Assembly (NCBI RefSeq): GCF_009914755.1 | Contig: NC_060935.1 | From: the human T2T-CHM13v2.0 reference genome, Homo sapiens | Direction: 5' to 3' (one strand) | Length of the DNA stretch: 64,000 bases | In this document: one piece after another, positions 20,732-44,079 of the stretch | Numbering within the stretch: position 1 is the stretch's first letter | How the letters are laid out: the number at the start of each line of letters is the position of its first letter | The notes under the pieces: generated by a model | The model's input: the letters and a program-made list of their open reading frames with translations, nothing else | Told to the model about the DNA's origin: nothing | Databases searched by the model: none | Position numbers and translations under genes: made by a program

Positions 20732-21775
20732 TAACCTTTCCTTCTCCTGTTTGAAACCTACTTGAGTCTCCTGACTTTTTTTCTGCTGTAGTCCCATCAT
20801 TTTGGGGTACATGCTTACAAATTCATCACTTCTACTCCTTCCATCTGTATTTCCACCCTATCTTTTCTCCTTCTCCTTTCTCTAGCCTTGGCCAAGGCAG
20901 ACATTGTATATTTTAGGCTGGAAACAGGATTCTCAAGTTTCTTCATGCATCTCTACTATATTGAATGGCAAAATGTGAGTCGTGTTCCTATTCTACACAT
21001 CTGTTTCTTTTTCCAGTCAACTCATCAGAAGACTCTGGTGGCTTAGCAAGTCCTGTGTGTATGTGGGTACCTGTGTACAGCATACATATACATGTGTAGA
21101 CGTGTATAAGTATATCCTTGTATATGCATATATGTGGTAAGTGCATGTGTGCACATGAGTTAAATGGCTTAAGTGCATTAGCAGAAATTGAACAATTTAG
21201 TTTGATGAGTAGGGAGGGAGAGAAGACAGAATATGGAGCCCAGAGGATCCCAACTGGCAAGCTATCTCATCCCCAGTTACCAGATATTTCCACCTTTTTA
21301 GGATGGCAAAACACAGACCTATGAGACAGAAAACAGTAAGAGACAATGTCTCAATACCTGGCTGAGAAACAAAGGCTCTGTTCTTGGAACATGCTAGGCT
21401 TGGTTCCACATTGGGAGCTTTCCTTAGCTTTTGTTTCTGCCTGTATCCCTCTTCACTCAGATCCTCACATAGCTTGTTCCTTCTTGTCATTTGGGTGTCA
21501 GCTCAGAGGTCACCTTGGTGGAGAAGTCTTCTCCCCATTAAAGCAGCCTCCTCCTCACCCTGTAATATCACTCCTGTTTTATTATATTCATTACACTCAT
21601 CACCATCTGAAATTATGTCATTTATTTGCTTATTTGCCTAGGACATTGTCTGTCTCCCTAAGATACTGTCTCTCTACTTGAATACAGGAACCTGTCTTGT
21701 TTCCTTCTGTATCTGTAGTGCCTAGAACAATGCCTCCTATCATAGGTGCTCATTCAGTGTTTGCTGAATAAATGA

Positions 21776-25405
<3,630 letters not shown>

Positions 25406-25891
25406 AAAAGTCCTTCTAATAGCAAAGTGGAAAGGTAGGCTGTGAACAATCTTGAATGCCATACTAAGATTTGTACTTATTCTCATAGGCAGTGAAGAGC
25501 CATCAATAGTTTTTACAGAGGCTGACCTGATAACTCTGGCGGTTCAATGTGCATGCTATATACTATATGCACAACACATTAGGAAGGAAGGGAACAGCGC
25601 TCAGAGAAATCAAATCACTTGCCCATATTACATAGCTCGTCAGTGGTGGAGTCAGGGTATAATCAGAAACTCATGCTCCTTCCTCTACCTCTCCCCAGCA
25701 CAGAGTTGGATCAGCACTGTTCACCCAGCTGGTATCCCCATTTCATGGTAAAGCCTGGAAGCTTAGGTCTGACTGATGCTTGTTGAAATACAGACTGTGG
25801 GAGCAGACTGCAGGACAGCATTGTGACAGAGGGTGGGGCCAGGAGAGAGATGCGGTAGGAAGACTGTTAAGATGCATCTCTTATTTTCTAG

Positions 25892-26176
<285 letters not shown>

Positions 26177-26577
26177 TAGTTAGCATTCTCTAGAGTATTT
26201 TTTACATCCATAATCTCAGTTTGTCCTGCAACCCTGCAAGTTAGAGGGGTAGGTGCTATTATCCCATTGGATCATTGTGGAAATGGAGGCTCAGAAGCTT
26301 TATGTGACTTACCCAGAGATTCCATGATTTACCCTTGAGCTAGTCAGAGGCAAACCAGAACACCGACCCAGGTCTCCAGCTCTCCTGAGTTTTTTCTATG
26401 GTTCCTTGTGACATAGGCAGTGGAACAGTGGGACAGGTAACCGAGGTGAATTATGGATGCTCCTTCCCCAGACACATTTCAAAACAGTCAGCCACCCCGT
26501 GGAATATGCAAGAAGCTATCTGGAAGTGCAGATCTGGAGGCTTCTGAGTTTACGAGAGGCAACAGAGACTCCATTTT

Positions 26578-28155
<1,578 letters not shown>

Positions 28156-28417
28156 GCATCATGGCATTGCATATAACCTCATTTTTTCATATATGACCTA
28201 TCTCTGATCTATTACCTCACTTCCAAGGTCCTGGGAGATAAGGAGGCAATGACATCATTTTTCAGGGTTGTTTTAGGGATGAGGGGCAAGGCCTCTCACC
28301 TTGAGAGAGAGTGGCAGTGTTGGGCCCACTAATAGAGGATCCCACGAACTGCCAGAGGGTACAGTATGTAATCTGGCAAACAAGGGAAGAGGAAGAGAGC
28401 ACTGGGACTCAGGATGA

Positions 28418-28756
<339 letters not shown>

Positions 28757-29001
28757 GACCTGCAGGATCAGGTTAGGGCGAGCGCTACCTCTCCAGCCTC
28801 AGCTCTCAGTTGCAGCCCTGCTGCTGCCTGCCTGGACTTGGCCCCTGCCACCTCCTGCCTCAGGTGTCCGCTATCCACCAAAAGGGCTCCCTGAGGGTCT
28901 GGGCAAGGGACCTGCTTCTATTAGCCCTTCTCCATGGCCCTGCCATGCTCTCCAAACCACTTTTTGCAGCTTTCTCTAGTTCAAGTTCACCAGACTCTAT
29001 A

Positions 29002-29007
29002 AATAAA
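29002..29007 (+). terminator. SERPING1: SERPING1 polyadenylation signal AATAAA
   Basis: AATAAA about 245 nt after the stop codon, followed by T-rich downstream sequence. Confidence 0.9.
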
Positions 29008-30061
29008 ACCTGACAGACCATGACTTTCTCTGCTTTGCCTTTGTTTTTTTATTTTTTATTTTTTATTTTTTTTAGGCAGGGTCTCAATCTGTCACCCAGG
29101 CTAGAGTACAGTGGTGAGATCATGGTTCACTGCAGCCTTAACCTCCTGAGCTCAAACAATCCTCCCATCTCAGCCTCCTATGTAGGTGGGACCACATGGG
29201 CTTGCCACCATGCCCAGCTAATTTTTAAATTTTTTGTAAAGACAGGGTCTTACTATGTTGCCTAGGCTGGTCTCCAACTCCTGGGCTCAAGCAATCATCC
29301 TAACACAGCCTCCCGAAGTGCTGGGATTGTAGGCACACCATACCTCTCCTTTGCCTTTGAATATCAGCTGCTTCAATACTAAAGGACAAGAGCGCCCATG
29401 GTTCCTGTATCAGCCAGCTATTGCTGTATAGTAAGTCACGTTAAACTTAGTGGCTTCAAACAGCAACCCTTTGTTATTTTATGTAAGTTTCAGAGTTGAC
29501 TAGGTGTTTTGCTGATCTGGGCTGAACCTGGCTGATCTTCCCTGGGCTCATTCATACATCTGTAAGGTATAGTTGTTGGGTTGGTTAGGGGATGACTGGT
29601 CTTCTGTGGCCTCAGCCATGACACCAGGACAACTTGGCTCTTCTACATGTCTTGTATGTCCTTCCAACAGGCTAGTCTGTAATGGAAAAGAGTCAAACAG
29701 CCAGTCTCTTTTTGTTTACCATTGTCCTGCAGCCAAAGCAAATCACAGGACCAAACCTAGAGTTAGACTGGAAAAGCACTACAAAGTGACAGGGCAAAGA
29801 GACGTTAATTGGGGACTATTCATGCAGTCCATTTCTCACAGCCCCTATCTTGCTTATTTGTCTGCAACAACTCTGACAACAATAATGACAGTAGCTAACG
29901 TTGGGAACATAGGCAGTCTGCTAAGAGTTTTGCAGGCATTTAATCTTCACAATAAATTTATATGGTAAATTCAGAGAGGCTAAGTCTTGTTCAAAGTCCT
30001 GTAGTTAGGAAATGATGAAACTGAGATTTAATAGCACCTCTTATGACTCTTTTTTTTTTGA

Positions 30062-30220
<159 letters not shown>

Positions 30221-31993
30221 TAGTAGAGACAGGTTTTCTTTTTTTTTTTTTTTCCGAGATGGAGTCTTGCTTTGTCGGCCAGGCTGGAGTGCAGTGGTGC
30301 AATCTTGGCTTACTCAACCTCCACCTCCCGGGTTCAAGTAGTTCTGCCTCAGCCTCCCAAGTAGCTGGGATTACAGGCGTGCACCACCAAGCCCAGCTAA
30401 CTTTTGTATTTTTAGTAGAGACGGGGTTTCACCATGTGGACCAGGCTGGTCTCAAACTCCTGACTCCAAGTGATCTTCCCACCTCAGCCTCCCAAAGTGC
30501 TGGCATTACAGGTGTGAGCCACTGTGCCCGGCCTAGTGAAAACAATCTTCTTTACTCAGTCTACCAGCTCAAATACCAGTCTCTTCAGGAAACAACCTCA
30601 CAGACACACCCAGAAATGATATCTTACCAGTTGTCTGGGCATCCCTTAGCCCAGTAAAATTGACACATAAATTTAACCACCCCACACCTTCCCTTCTCAG
30701 TTTCCCAAAGTCAATCTCTCAGGCTGCTGGGAAGACCCCAAATTCCTGTCTGGGTGGGTCCCGCTTTGATTCTTATGTGAGGAACTGTTGAAAGCAAAGG
30801 CACCCCCCAAATTCAGGAAGATTCCCCTCTCCTTGGGGAGATCCTGACATGATGAAGGTGGTGCTCAGCACCAACCTGAATTGTGAACCAACAAAGTCAG
30901 GAGGTGGAAGGTGATTCTGACCCCTGTGGGGGTCAAATCTCTTTGACCCTTCCAATCATGCTGAGCCCGGTAATGTTCCCGTTTGTGAAATGATGAAGCC
31001 AAAACTCAGAGAGGTTAAGTAACTATCCAAAGGTCAGACTGCTGCAAATCGATCCCACATTATCCAAATTCAAGTGTAGTAGATAACTTATTTGGGCAGG
31101 CTTATTTCCTTTCTGCCCAAACTTGACTGTAACTTAAATCTGTGTCTTCTTACTCCCTGCACCATGTGACCCTACAGAGCTTATCAAAGTGTCTTGCACT
31201 TAAAAAAAAAAAAACTATGGAGGCTGGGCATAGTGGCTCATGCCTATAATGCCAGCACTTTGGGAGACGGAGGCAGGCAGATCACTTGAGGCCAGGGTTT
31301 TGAGACCAGCCTGGGCAACATGGCGAAACCCTGTCTCTATTAAAAAATACAAAAATGAGCCAGGTGTTGAGGTGCATGCCTGTAATCCCAGCTACTCGGG
31401 AGGCTGAGGCATGAGAATCACTTTAACCTGGAAGGCAGAGGTTGCAGTGAATCCAGATTGTACCACTCCACTCCAGCCTGGGTGACAGAGTGAGAGACTG
31501 TCTAAAAAAAAAAACTATGAAATGAATGATTAAATGAATGAGTTATCACATCCAGGTAGAGGGAAAGAGGAGATACCTACCCATCTGGAAAGCATAGAAA
31601 AATCTGGAAATGAAGAGAATTTATTTATTTATTTTATTTTTTGAGACAGAGTCTTGCTCTATCACCCAGGCTGGAGTGCAGCGGCTTGAACATGGTTCAC
31701 TGCAGCCTTGACCTCCTGGGCTCAGGTGATCCTTCCACTTCAGCCTCCTGAGTAGCAGGGACCACAGGTGTGCACCACCACACCTGGCTACATTTTTTGT
31801 TTTTTATAAAGACAGGGTCTCAGCTGGGCACGGTGGCTCATGCCTGTAATGCCAGCACTTTGGGAGGCCAAGGCAGGCTGATCACCTGAGCTCAGGAGTT
31901 CGAGACCAGCCTGGCCCACATGGTGAAACCTCGTCTCTATTAAAAATACAAAAATTAACAAGGCGTGGCAGCAGGCACATGTAATCCCAGCTA

Positions 31994-32297
<304 letters not shown>

Positions 32298-32300
32298 TAA

Positions 32301-32575
<275 letters not shown>

Positions 32576-33459
32576 TGACCTGCCCTCCTTGGCCCCCCAA
32601 AGTGCCGGGATTACAGGTATAAGCCACTGCACCCAGCCTGAACATTTATTTTGCTAATGAGTCATTGACCCAGTGTGGGCTTGGCAAATCTAGGGTAGCC
32701 TCAGTTATGTACCTGCTACAGTCAGCTGGGGGTTAGCTGAAGGTTTGTTGAGGTTTGATTTCACTGAGCTTGCATAGGCTCTTTCACATGTTTTAGACTT
32801 TGGCTGGGATCAACCAGATGACCAATTCTGATCCAAGTGATCTCTGGTCTTCCAGGAAGCTAGTCTGGCTTATTCATACGAAGTTTGCAAAAGTCCAAGA
32901 AAGCAAGCAGAGGCATGCATGCAAGGCCTCTTGAATCCGAAGCTAGGAACTACTAGAACATCACTTCTGCCTCATTCTAGCAGCCAAAGCAAGTCACCAG
33001 ACCAGTTTAGATTCAAGGTAAGGAAAGAATCTCTACCTGTTAAAGAAAAGACCTGCAAAGTCATTCTGCTAAGGGCATTAATATAACGAAATGTGAATAA
33101 TTCTGGCCACTTTTCCAGTATACCATATGTGGTCTTACATAGTTGCAAACAACTATTAGCAACTTTCCCCAGCAACCTGCCACTCTGTTTTTCCCTAAAG
33201 AATCAAGGGCTTTTGTCGAGATCATAATAATATTAGAAACACTTTGTTACATGAAGTTTCAAGTCGTTTGCATATAAATTGAATCTTCTGTTGCTATCTC
33301 TGTGGCATATTTAACAATCTCTGGCTCTTCCAGCTGCCTGTGTTGTAGAATAAATTATTATAAATACAGAGCTGCCTGAGTATTTATAATAATAAATAAA
33401 TAAATTATCTTCATTTCCATTTCCCTTGAGAAAGATGGACAGAGGGCTATGCACTCATA

Positions 33460-33461
<2 letters not shown>

Positions 33462-33492
<31 letters not shown>
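33462..33492. repeat. (CA)n microsatellite
   Basis: Read directly. Confidence 0.95.
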
Positions 33493-33496
<4 letters not shown>

Positions 33497-35102
33497 ACAA
33501 CCCCCACCTTTCTGCCCTGCCTTGCAATTCTACTCTGGGGTAGACAAAGGCCTGTATGTCCACAGATCCATTTTCAGTGATCTGTTTCCTGTCCCCAACT
33601 GTAGACCCCTCCACACGTGGATTTGTCTGGGGAAGAACCTTAAGGTGAGATTAGGGTTCCATTGCAATGAGTCTTTGCTGCCACTTGGTGTCATTGTTGA
33701 AGGCTTGTCCTGCATAGCCCCATGGACACTTGCCTTTTCAGGGAGATGTTTTTGCTGTTCCAGATTCTTTTTTTTTTTTTTTTTTGAGACAGAATCTCTC
33801 TCTGTTGCCCAGACTGGAGTGCAATGGTGCGATCTTGGCTCACTGCAACCTCTGTTTCCCAGGTTGAAGGGATTCTCCTGCCTCAGCTTCCTGAGTAGCA
33901 GGAATTATAGGCACCCACCATGTGTCCAGCTAATTTTTGTATTTTTAGTAGAGATGGGGTTTTACCATGTTGGCCAGGCTGGTCTCAAACTCCTGACCTC
34001 AAGTGATCCACCCATCTTGGCCTCCCAAAGTGTTAGAATTACAGGTGTGAGTCACTGTGCCTGGCCGGTTCCAGATTCTTAAACAGCTGATGTGGGGACT
34101 TAAACTTTGATTCCAAAGTTTACACTTTACACTTGTTCAGCCACTGTTTCTCAAAGATCAATACCTTTAGTTCTCTCTGGATAGCAGAAGGCTTCCAACA
34201 TGAGCCATAGGCTATGTCAGAATCAGCCTCATCCCTATGAACCCTTAGGACATTGTCTTGACTCATGGTTGATAACCACATTAGCCATGTATCTACCTAA
34301 CATGCATTAACCATTTGCCATGCTGTCAGGCACTGTGTTAAGAATTTTACATGGATTATGTTATTTCATTTAAGAGAGATCATGACTTAAGAAAAGGATA
34401 TGTTACTGAATATATTAGATAATTCAAAATTTAGATAATTTGATACTAAGTTTTCCAGAATAATAACTGTAAAAGGTAGGGAGAGAATCTTCAACCATTG
34501 TAGAATTTCTTGTCTTCAAACTATTGTTTATTTTCTAAATACAAAAATCTCTAATATTTCTCAGAGTAGGCACTCTTAAATTAACTGCTTGGCATATCAG
34601 GACAGCTATTTGGGCTTTTTCATAGTGTCTTATCATATCTAACTTTCATTACAAAGTTATTGATTTTGGAGGGTGTTTTTAGCACTAGTGCCATGACTTA
34701 ATGAATGAACTCTGAGATGACATCATTGTAGAATACAGGAAATATTTTAAATGATAAAGCTGAATGTTAAAATAACAGCACCTTAGTCACAAATGTCACT
34801 GTCAGAATTTATGATGCACATAAACAATAGCTGATTCACACAATTATGAGCAGTGATGGCAGTTATTTACTTTCACCAGCTCAAGTGCCACTATCATGTA
34901 CCAATAGTTATGAGTATAGTTTACAATCCACTCAGCCCACCAATTTTGAAATTATGCAACCCTTGATGATTTTTTTTAATTTAGGGAGATTTTCAATTTT
35001 TCAAGTTTGTATAATTCAAATTTATATAATATACAGTAGTACCACCTCATTATTATCCTCTTTTATAGATGAAAAATGAAACCTTACAGTGCAATTGATC
35101 TA

Positions 35103-35469
<367 letters not shown>

Positions 35470-35885
35470 TCAGTAACCAAGTTTTCATTTCTCAAAATGT
35501 AATTTCATGTTAGAGAACTCAGTGATATTCCTTGTCCTGAGCTTTTGTTGAAATTATACCAATCCATCCCAAAGCTCTCCATAATTTTGAATCTTAGGAA
35601 GAAATGTTGGGGAAATATGGATCCCCCTTATTCCAAAAAAAAACAAACTCCTTTTGCAAATTGGGACCTCTCTTCTCTCCTGACCTGCTTTGACGACCAG
35701 GGACCGCAGCAAGTGGTAGCTTCCATAGAAGCACAGAAGCTTCTATTATTTCCTCCACTGGAGCAGGGTCTGCCTACCACATTTGCATATTGACAGGATC
35801 TAGTCATAGTCAGGTAACTTCTCTGAAACTGAGAGTCTGCTTCACGTGACCCAGACAAAAGTATAGATTTTAAGCATTCTTCTAA

Positions 35886-36134
<249 letters not shown>

Positions 36135-36958
36135 TGATCCACCTGGCTTGGCCTCCCAAAGTGCTGGGATTATAGGCATGAGCCACCACATCTGACCCAT
36201 TCTTCCCATTTCTTACCCTATTTAATCTTTCTCTTGGGCCAGACTCAGTGGCTGATGCCTGTAATCCCAGCACTTTGAGAGGCCAGCGTGGCTGGGTCAC
36301 TTGAGCCCAGGAGTTTGAGACCAGCCTGGGCAACATGGCAAAACCCTGTCTCTACCAAAATAATACAAAAATTAGCTGGGCGTAGTGGCACACACTGATA
36401 GAAGCAGCAAAAATATACACATACTTGTATTTATGCACGTGTACAAAAGCACATGCACACCATCCTCTGGAAGTCTGTGCCAGAGTTTGGGGACAAACTT
36501 TATATTCCAGTCCCAGCCCCAATTCCTGAGGAGGGCCTCTTGGGCACAGAGGAGCAGGGAATACATGCGTCTTCACGGGAAGGATCTCCAAGCTAGTCAT
36601 CACTAATTACAAGCCTTGAAATAGGCTCATCCATCATCCTGGAGTGACAGGCTGGCCATGCAGCCTGCCTCTTGGCTTCCTAGCCCCCTCCCCCATTCCA
36701 TTCCATTTCTCCTTGAGTGACTGCAGATCTGAAAAGCATTTTGGCCAAATATTCAATCCTCTCCAAAAACATAAATATAGGCATGCCCAGGCTCAGCTGG
36801 ACACCTTCTGCTCATCTCTCTACACACCCTGAGAGCTCCTGTGAAGCTCCCCAATAGCCTCTACCCATGTGTGAGCCCACTTTCAGTTGGCTTTTACATG
36901 TGCCCCACTCTAGCCTTTATTTTCAGTATTTCATTGAAACTTTGCAATAATCCCATTA

Positions 36959-37213
<255 letters not shown>

Positions 37214-37300
37214 TCACCTGAGCCTGGGAGGTCAAGGTTGCAGTGAGCTGTGTTCATACCACTGCACTCCAGCCTGGATGACAAAGAAAGACCTTGTCTC

Positions 37301-37533
37301 AAAAAAAGAAAGAAAGAAAGAGAGAAAGAGAGAGAGAGAGAAGGAAGGAAGGAAGGAAGGAAGGAAGGAAGGAAGGAAGGAAGGAAGGAAGGGAGGGAGG
37401 GAGGGAGGGAGGGAGGAAGAGAGAAAGGAAGGAAGGAATGAAAGAAGGAAGGAAGGAAGGAAAGAAGGAAGGAAGAAAGGAAAGAAGGAAGGACGGAAGG
37501 GAGGAAGGAAGGAAGGAAAGAAGGAAGGAAAAA
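37301..37533. repeat. Compound polypurine (GAAA/GA/GGAA/GGGA)n microsatellite grown from an Alu tail
   Basis: 12 consecutive GGAA units at 37343-37390 within about 230 bp that is almost purely purine. Confidence 0.95.
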
Positions 37534-38712
37534 ATTTGCCCAGGATGATTCAGCTGGGAAGGGCAGAGGTGACATTCAAACCAAGGTCTGCTAATTGCAT
37601 ACCCCACCCCTGGGTCTTCTCCAGTCCTTCTCCTACCCCAGGATGCCCCAATTCACTATCTTAGGTTTAAAGGGCCTGCTCTGTGACTGGGCATTTCCTC
37701 TTGGAAGTCCCACAAGTACCTCTTCCTCATCTTGTCTCCTAAGTCAACTTAAAAGTCAAAGTCTTTCAAAACCTTCTTGCTGATCAGTAGCAGGATTGTG
37801 CCTAAGAATAGGTACTGCACTCCAGCCTGGGCAACAAAGGCAGAACGCGTCTGCTTATAATAGTAATTTTTTAAAAAGCCGAAGTTGGCCAGGTGTGGTG
37901 GCTCACACCTGTAATCCCAGCACTTCAGGAGGCTGAGGTGGGCAGATTGCTTGAGCCCAGGAGTTCGAGACCAGCCTGGGCAACATGGCAAAAACCCATC
38001 TCCACAGAAAGTACAAAAATTAGATGGGTGTGGTCGTGCACACAGCTACTCTGTGGTCCCAGGTACTCAGGAGGCTGAGGTGGGAAGATCACCTGAGTCC
38101 TGGGAGGTGGAGATTGCAGTGAGCCGAGATCACATCACTGCACTCCAGCCTGGGCAACAGAGTGAGACCCTGTCTCAAAAAATAAATAAATAAAAAGAAC
38201 CAAAGTCTATATTAGTCCCAGAGTAGACTAATATAGTAGACCAAATACCATTCCCAAGGGCTATGGGTTAGGGGCTTAGCAGAAAATGCATGGCAACAGG
38301 ACCACCAGGGTGAGGATGGTTCCTGTCCATGGACCACGATGGTGTGGTCATGGTCACAGTGAGCCTGTCTGCCGGCTGGCTTCAGGGAGCAGCATCAGAG
38401 CCGATTCCTACTCTGCTGCTACAGCCAGACTGTCAGGCCTGGAGCCCCAGTCCCTGGCCATCTAGCTCTGCTTCATCAGAACTGAGTTTCCTGGCGATTC
38501 CTCTGGGGCCCAGAGTGAACCTCACTAGAACACTTGCCCTCTTGCTGAAATAATTTTTAAAATCTCCTAGGAGGCAGGGACCGTATCTTTTTGTCATTAT
38601 CCTCTGTTCTGAGCATGGAGCCTGGAACCTACAGAGTTGACACTCAGTACATATTAGCTAAAATAAAATGAAGCAAAACAAAACAGAACAAAAATGCATT
38701 TCCAGATCCTAT

Positions 38713-38743
<31 letters not shown>

Positions 38744-38798
38744 TTGAGACAGAGTTTCGCTCTGTTGCCCAGACTGGAGTGCAGTGGCACGATCTTAG

Positions 38799-39455
<657 letters not shown>

Positions 39456-40510
39456 TAGCTGGGATTACAGGCACCTGCCACCATGCCCGGCTAATTTTTT
39501 GTATTTTTAGTAGAGATGGGGTTTCACTACGTTGGCCAGGCTGCTCTCAAACTCCTGACCTCAGATGATCCACCCGCCTCAGCCTCCCAAAGTGCTGGGA
39601 TTACAAGTGTGAGCCACCGCACATGGCCAAGCAAAGTTTTTTATTTTACAATGATGACATTAATGTTATTCTTATTTTATGTATCTCCTCTGGAGACTGG
39701 TGGAGCTAGGAATACCAAAGCATAGCTTCTCATAGTCATTATCAGCTAGGGTTTTGCCTTACAAATTATCTTTCAACTAGAGGAATTATACCTCTGTGTT
39801 TGGATGTTCTTTCCTCCTCCCTGCTGCCCCGTGTCTTTGATTCTTGGGATCAGGACTCCATGGCTTTAGTCAGAAGGGGTGAAGATGATTCTTACCCTTT
39901 AAGTAAGTAAGCACCTGGAGTCTGGAATTGTTCTAGGATTAAACAAGGCCACAGCCCTGTGAATTGCCTTATCTACTCAAATAGGCCGTCTAAAGAGAAT
40001 CTATACTTTGTTATCGTCCTAGAGGCCTTCTTGCTTTCCACTAATTTATACATATTATCTACTGGCCAGGTGCGGTGGCTCACGCCTGTAATCCCAGAAC
40101 TTTGGGAGGCCAAGGCGGGTGGATCACCTGAGGTCATGTGTTCAAGACCAGCCTGGCCAACATGGAGAAAGCCCATCCCTACTAAAAATACAAATATTAG
40201 TCAGGTGTGGTGGTGCACACCTGTAATCCCAGCTACTCAAGAGGCTGAAGCAGGAGAATCGCTAGAACCTGGGAGGCCAAGGTTGCAGTGAGCCGAGGTT
40301 TCCATTGGTTACTTGGTGTACGCCTTATGTAAATGAAGAGGATGAAGGAAAGTTACAAAGTCATTTACTCTGTGTACACCCTATGTAAACAAGAGGATAT
40401 TTCCTGTCACAGCTGAAGTGTTTCCATTTGATTTAGTTCTAGAAAGTCCTTAGGTTCTCTGCCTCCAGGCCCTATTCTCCTGCCTCAATCATAGATCACT
40501 GCAGCCTTGA

Positions 40511-40938
<428 letters not shown>

Positions 40939-41981
40939 TGAGGTCAGGACTTCTGCCATTTTCCCATTCATTTATTCAAGTTTTAATTGAGTACTTACTT
41001 GTGCTAGGCACTGTTGTGGCAGCGGACAAACTGTTCAACAAGACAGAGCTCTTGTTCTCTGAACTTTAATGGACTGGTAATGTCTCCCTTCACTTCTCTC
41101 CATGTGATATGAAGTGTCCCAGTGTGTGTAGGGGATGTGGGAAAACAATTGAAATGTGGGGAAAATTTTGAAATGTGGCCGTGGAAGACTGATTTTCTCT
41201 TGCCTAAGATTTCCTTAGAATGTCCACTTTGGAGTAATGTGGGAGACAGTCCTGCCCTGGCTTATCTTGGGGTTTGGGATTAGGTCAGGGCTACATTATG
41301 AAATCAGTAAATTCTCCTAAGAATCCACAAACCAGACTAGTTCTTTCAGTTTCTCCAGGGTCCAAAGAGCTGTAGCTACCAAAAAGAGATCCCTGGCACT
41401 AATTAACTGGCAAATGTGGTAAGTTCACCACTGAGGACCTACATTTTCTAAACTAAAATCATGGCACAAGGTCTCAGAAGTCTCCATATTTATGGGATCC
41501 GCTAAAACTGAAAATTTTGAATCAAAGCTCTCCCCAAATATATTTGGAGAATAGAACATTGTAGTTATATTCACTAGGCTCATGACCCTAAAACCCTCTG
41601 GCTGGCTGGAAATTAGTCATGTCTAGCAGTCAATCAACGATTTTTCTAGCTAGGCCAAGGGTTCAGATTACTCCTCCTGAGAAACTTTCATTTGATCTGG
41701 GGAAATGTAAAAAGGAAAAATGAAAGGGCACAATCTCTGCTCTCAGGGAGCATCTTGGTCTGATGAGGAATTAGACACAAAATAATCATAACAGCACAGG
41801 TGGTAGGTGCAGCTAGACAGGCAACTCGGAATAAGTTTGGAAGGCCTTGAGTTCCATGCTAAGAAGTTTGGAATGTATCCTCTTGAAGAAGTTCTGACCT
41901 GGAGGAGATTAGAGCGTGTGTTGGGGGCAGTGGTATGTGAATGAACTCCAGAGGGTTCACGATCCCCTTGAGATGTATACC

Positions 41982-42365
41982 TGTATTAGTCCATTCTCAC
42001 ATTGCCATAAAGAACTACATAAGACTCGGTAATTTATGAAGAAAAGAGGTTTAATTGACTCACAGTTTTACAGGCTTAACAGGAAGCATGACTGTGAGGC
42101 CTTAGTTAATGTACAATGATGGCAGAAGTCGAAGGGGAAACAAGCTCCTTCTTCACATGGTGGCAGGAGAGAGAGAGAGCAAGGGGAGAAAGGCTACACA
42201 AGTTTAAACCATCAGATCTTGTGAGAACTCAATCACTATCACCAGAACAGCAAGGGGGAAATCCACCCCCATGATCCAATCTCCTCCCACCAGGTTCCTC
42301 CCCCAACACTGGGAATTATAATTCAACATGAGATTTCAATGGGGACAGGGAGCCAAACCATATCA
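41982..42365 (-). mobile_element. MSTA-like solo LTR
   Basis: TGTATTAGTCC...AAACCATATCA with a perfect 5-bp TSD ATACC. Confidence 0.88.
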
Positions 42366-42479
42366 ATACCGTAATACAAAAAAAAAACAAAAAACATTTT
42401 TCTAGAAAGAGTCACCCATAGGTTTCATCAGCTTTTTTTTTTTAAGTGTCCGTGATCCAATAATGTTTAGGAAGCATTA

Positions 42480-43037
<558 letters not shown>

Positions 43038-43917
43038 TCAGAGGATGACACAAACCCTCAAGGGGCAGGGGAATGGAGAGAAAAGGAGTCATCTAAGAGG
43101 TAGAATGCACAGGATTTAGGGCAATTTGGGTGAAGGTGGCAGAGAGTAAGAGAAGTAAGGATTAGAATTATGATTGCAACCCTAAGATAAAAGATGTAAA
43201 AGAAATTTTGATTGACTTTGAAACACAAATTCTTTTAATCTGCCTGGAGATAGAAAGTTTCACAAATCAAACCCCAGGTGTCTTCTGATCCACAAGGTCA
43301 TCAGGCAGTTTCTCAGAATTTCATTTTAGTACGTGGTGTATTCAGATAGGAGAGTCAGATACACTACTATCCTCTAAATCATGTGACTCCACAGCCAGAA
43401 ATTCTGTAAGATTCTAATAGCCTAGAGTAACTTGTTTATCAGTATTTAAGATCATGTTTCATGGGACACTCCAATCTGCAACCCATGTTGCATGGGCTAC
43501 TCCTCCTTACTGGCGCAGCCAATGAGGAAGGGTAAAGATGATCCTGTGATGGTTTTCAGCCTAAACAACTGTGGTAGGCTTTTAACTGTGAAATAGAATC
43601 TAAGAAGAAAAGCAGGTTTGTGGGGATGGGGAAGGTGAAGGTAAGACAATGAAACTGGGTTTGGGCAAACTGCATCCAAGACATCTCTGTGACATTTTAT
43701 CAGTCAGGAATTTTTTTGGTTATGAGTGACAGAAGCCAACTGAGACTAACATAAGGAGAAGAGGAAATGTTGTGGTTTACATAATTAAAAACTCAAGAGG
43801 GCCAGGCACAGTGGCTCATGCCTGTAATCCCAGCACTTTGGGAGGCCGAGGGAGGCGGACCATGAGGTCAGGAGATTGAGACCATCTGGCTAACACAGTG
43901 AAACCCTGTCTCTACTA

Positions 43918-44079
<162 letters not shown>

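Noticed and set aside
38207-38236. 11-bp inverted repeat CTATATTAGTC...GACTAATATAG
   Set aside because: Short, AT-rich and next to an Alu tail, with no functional context.
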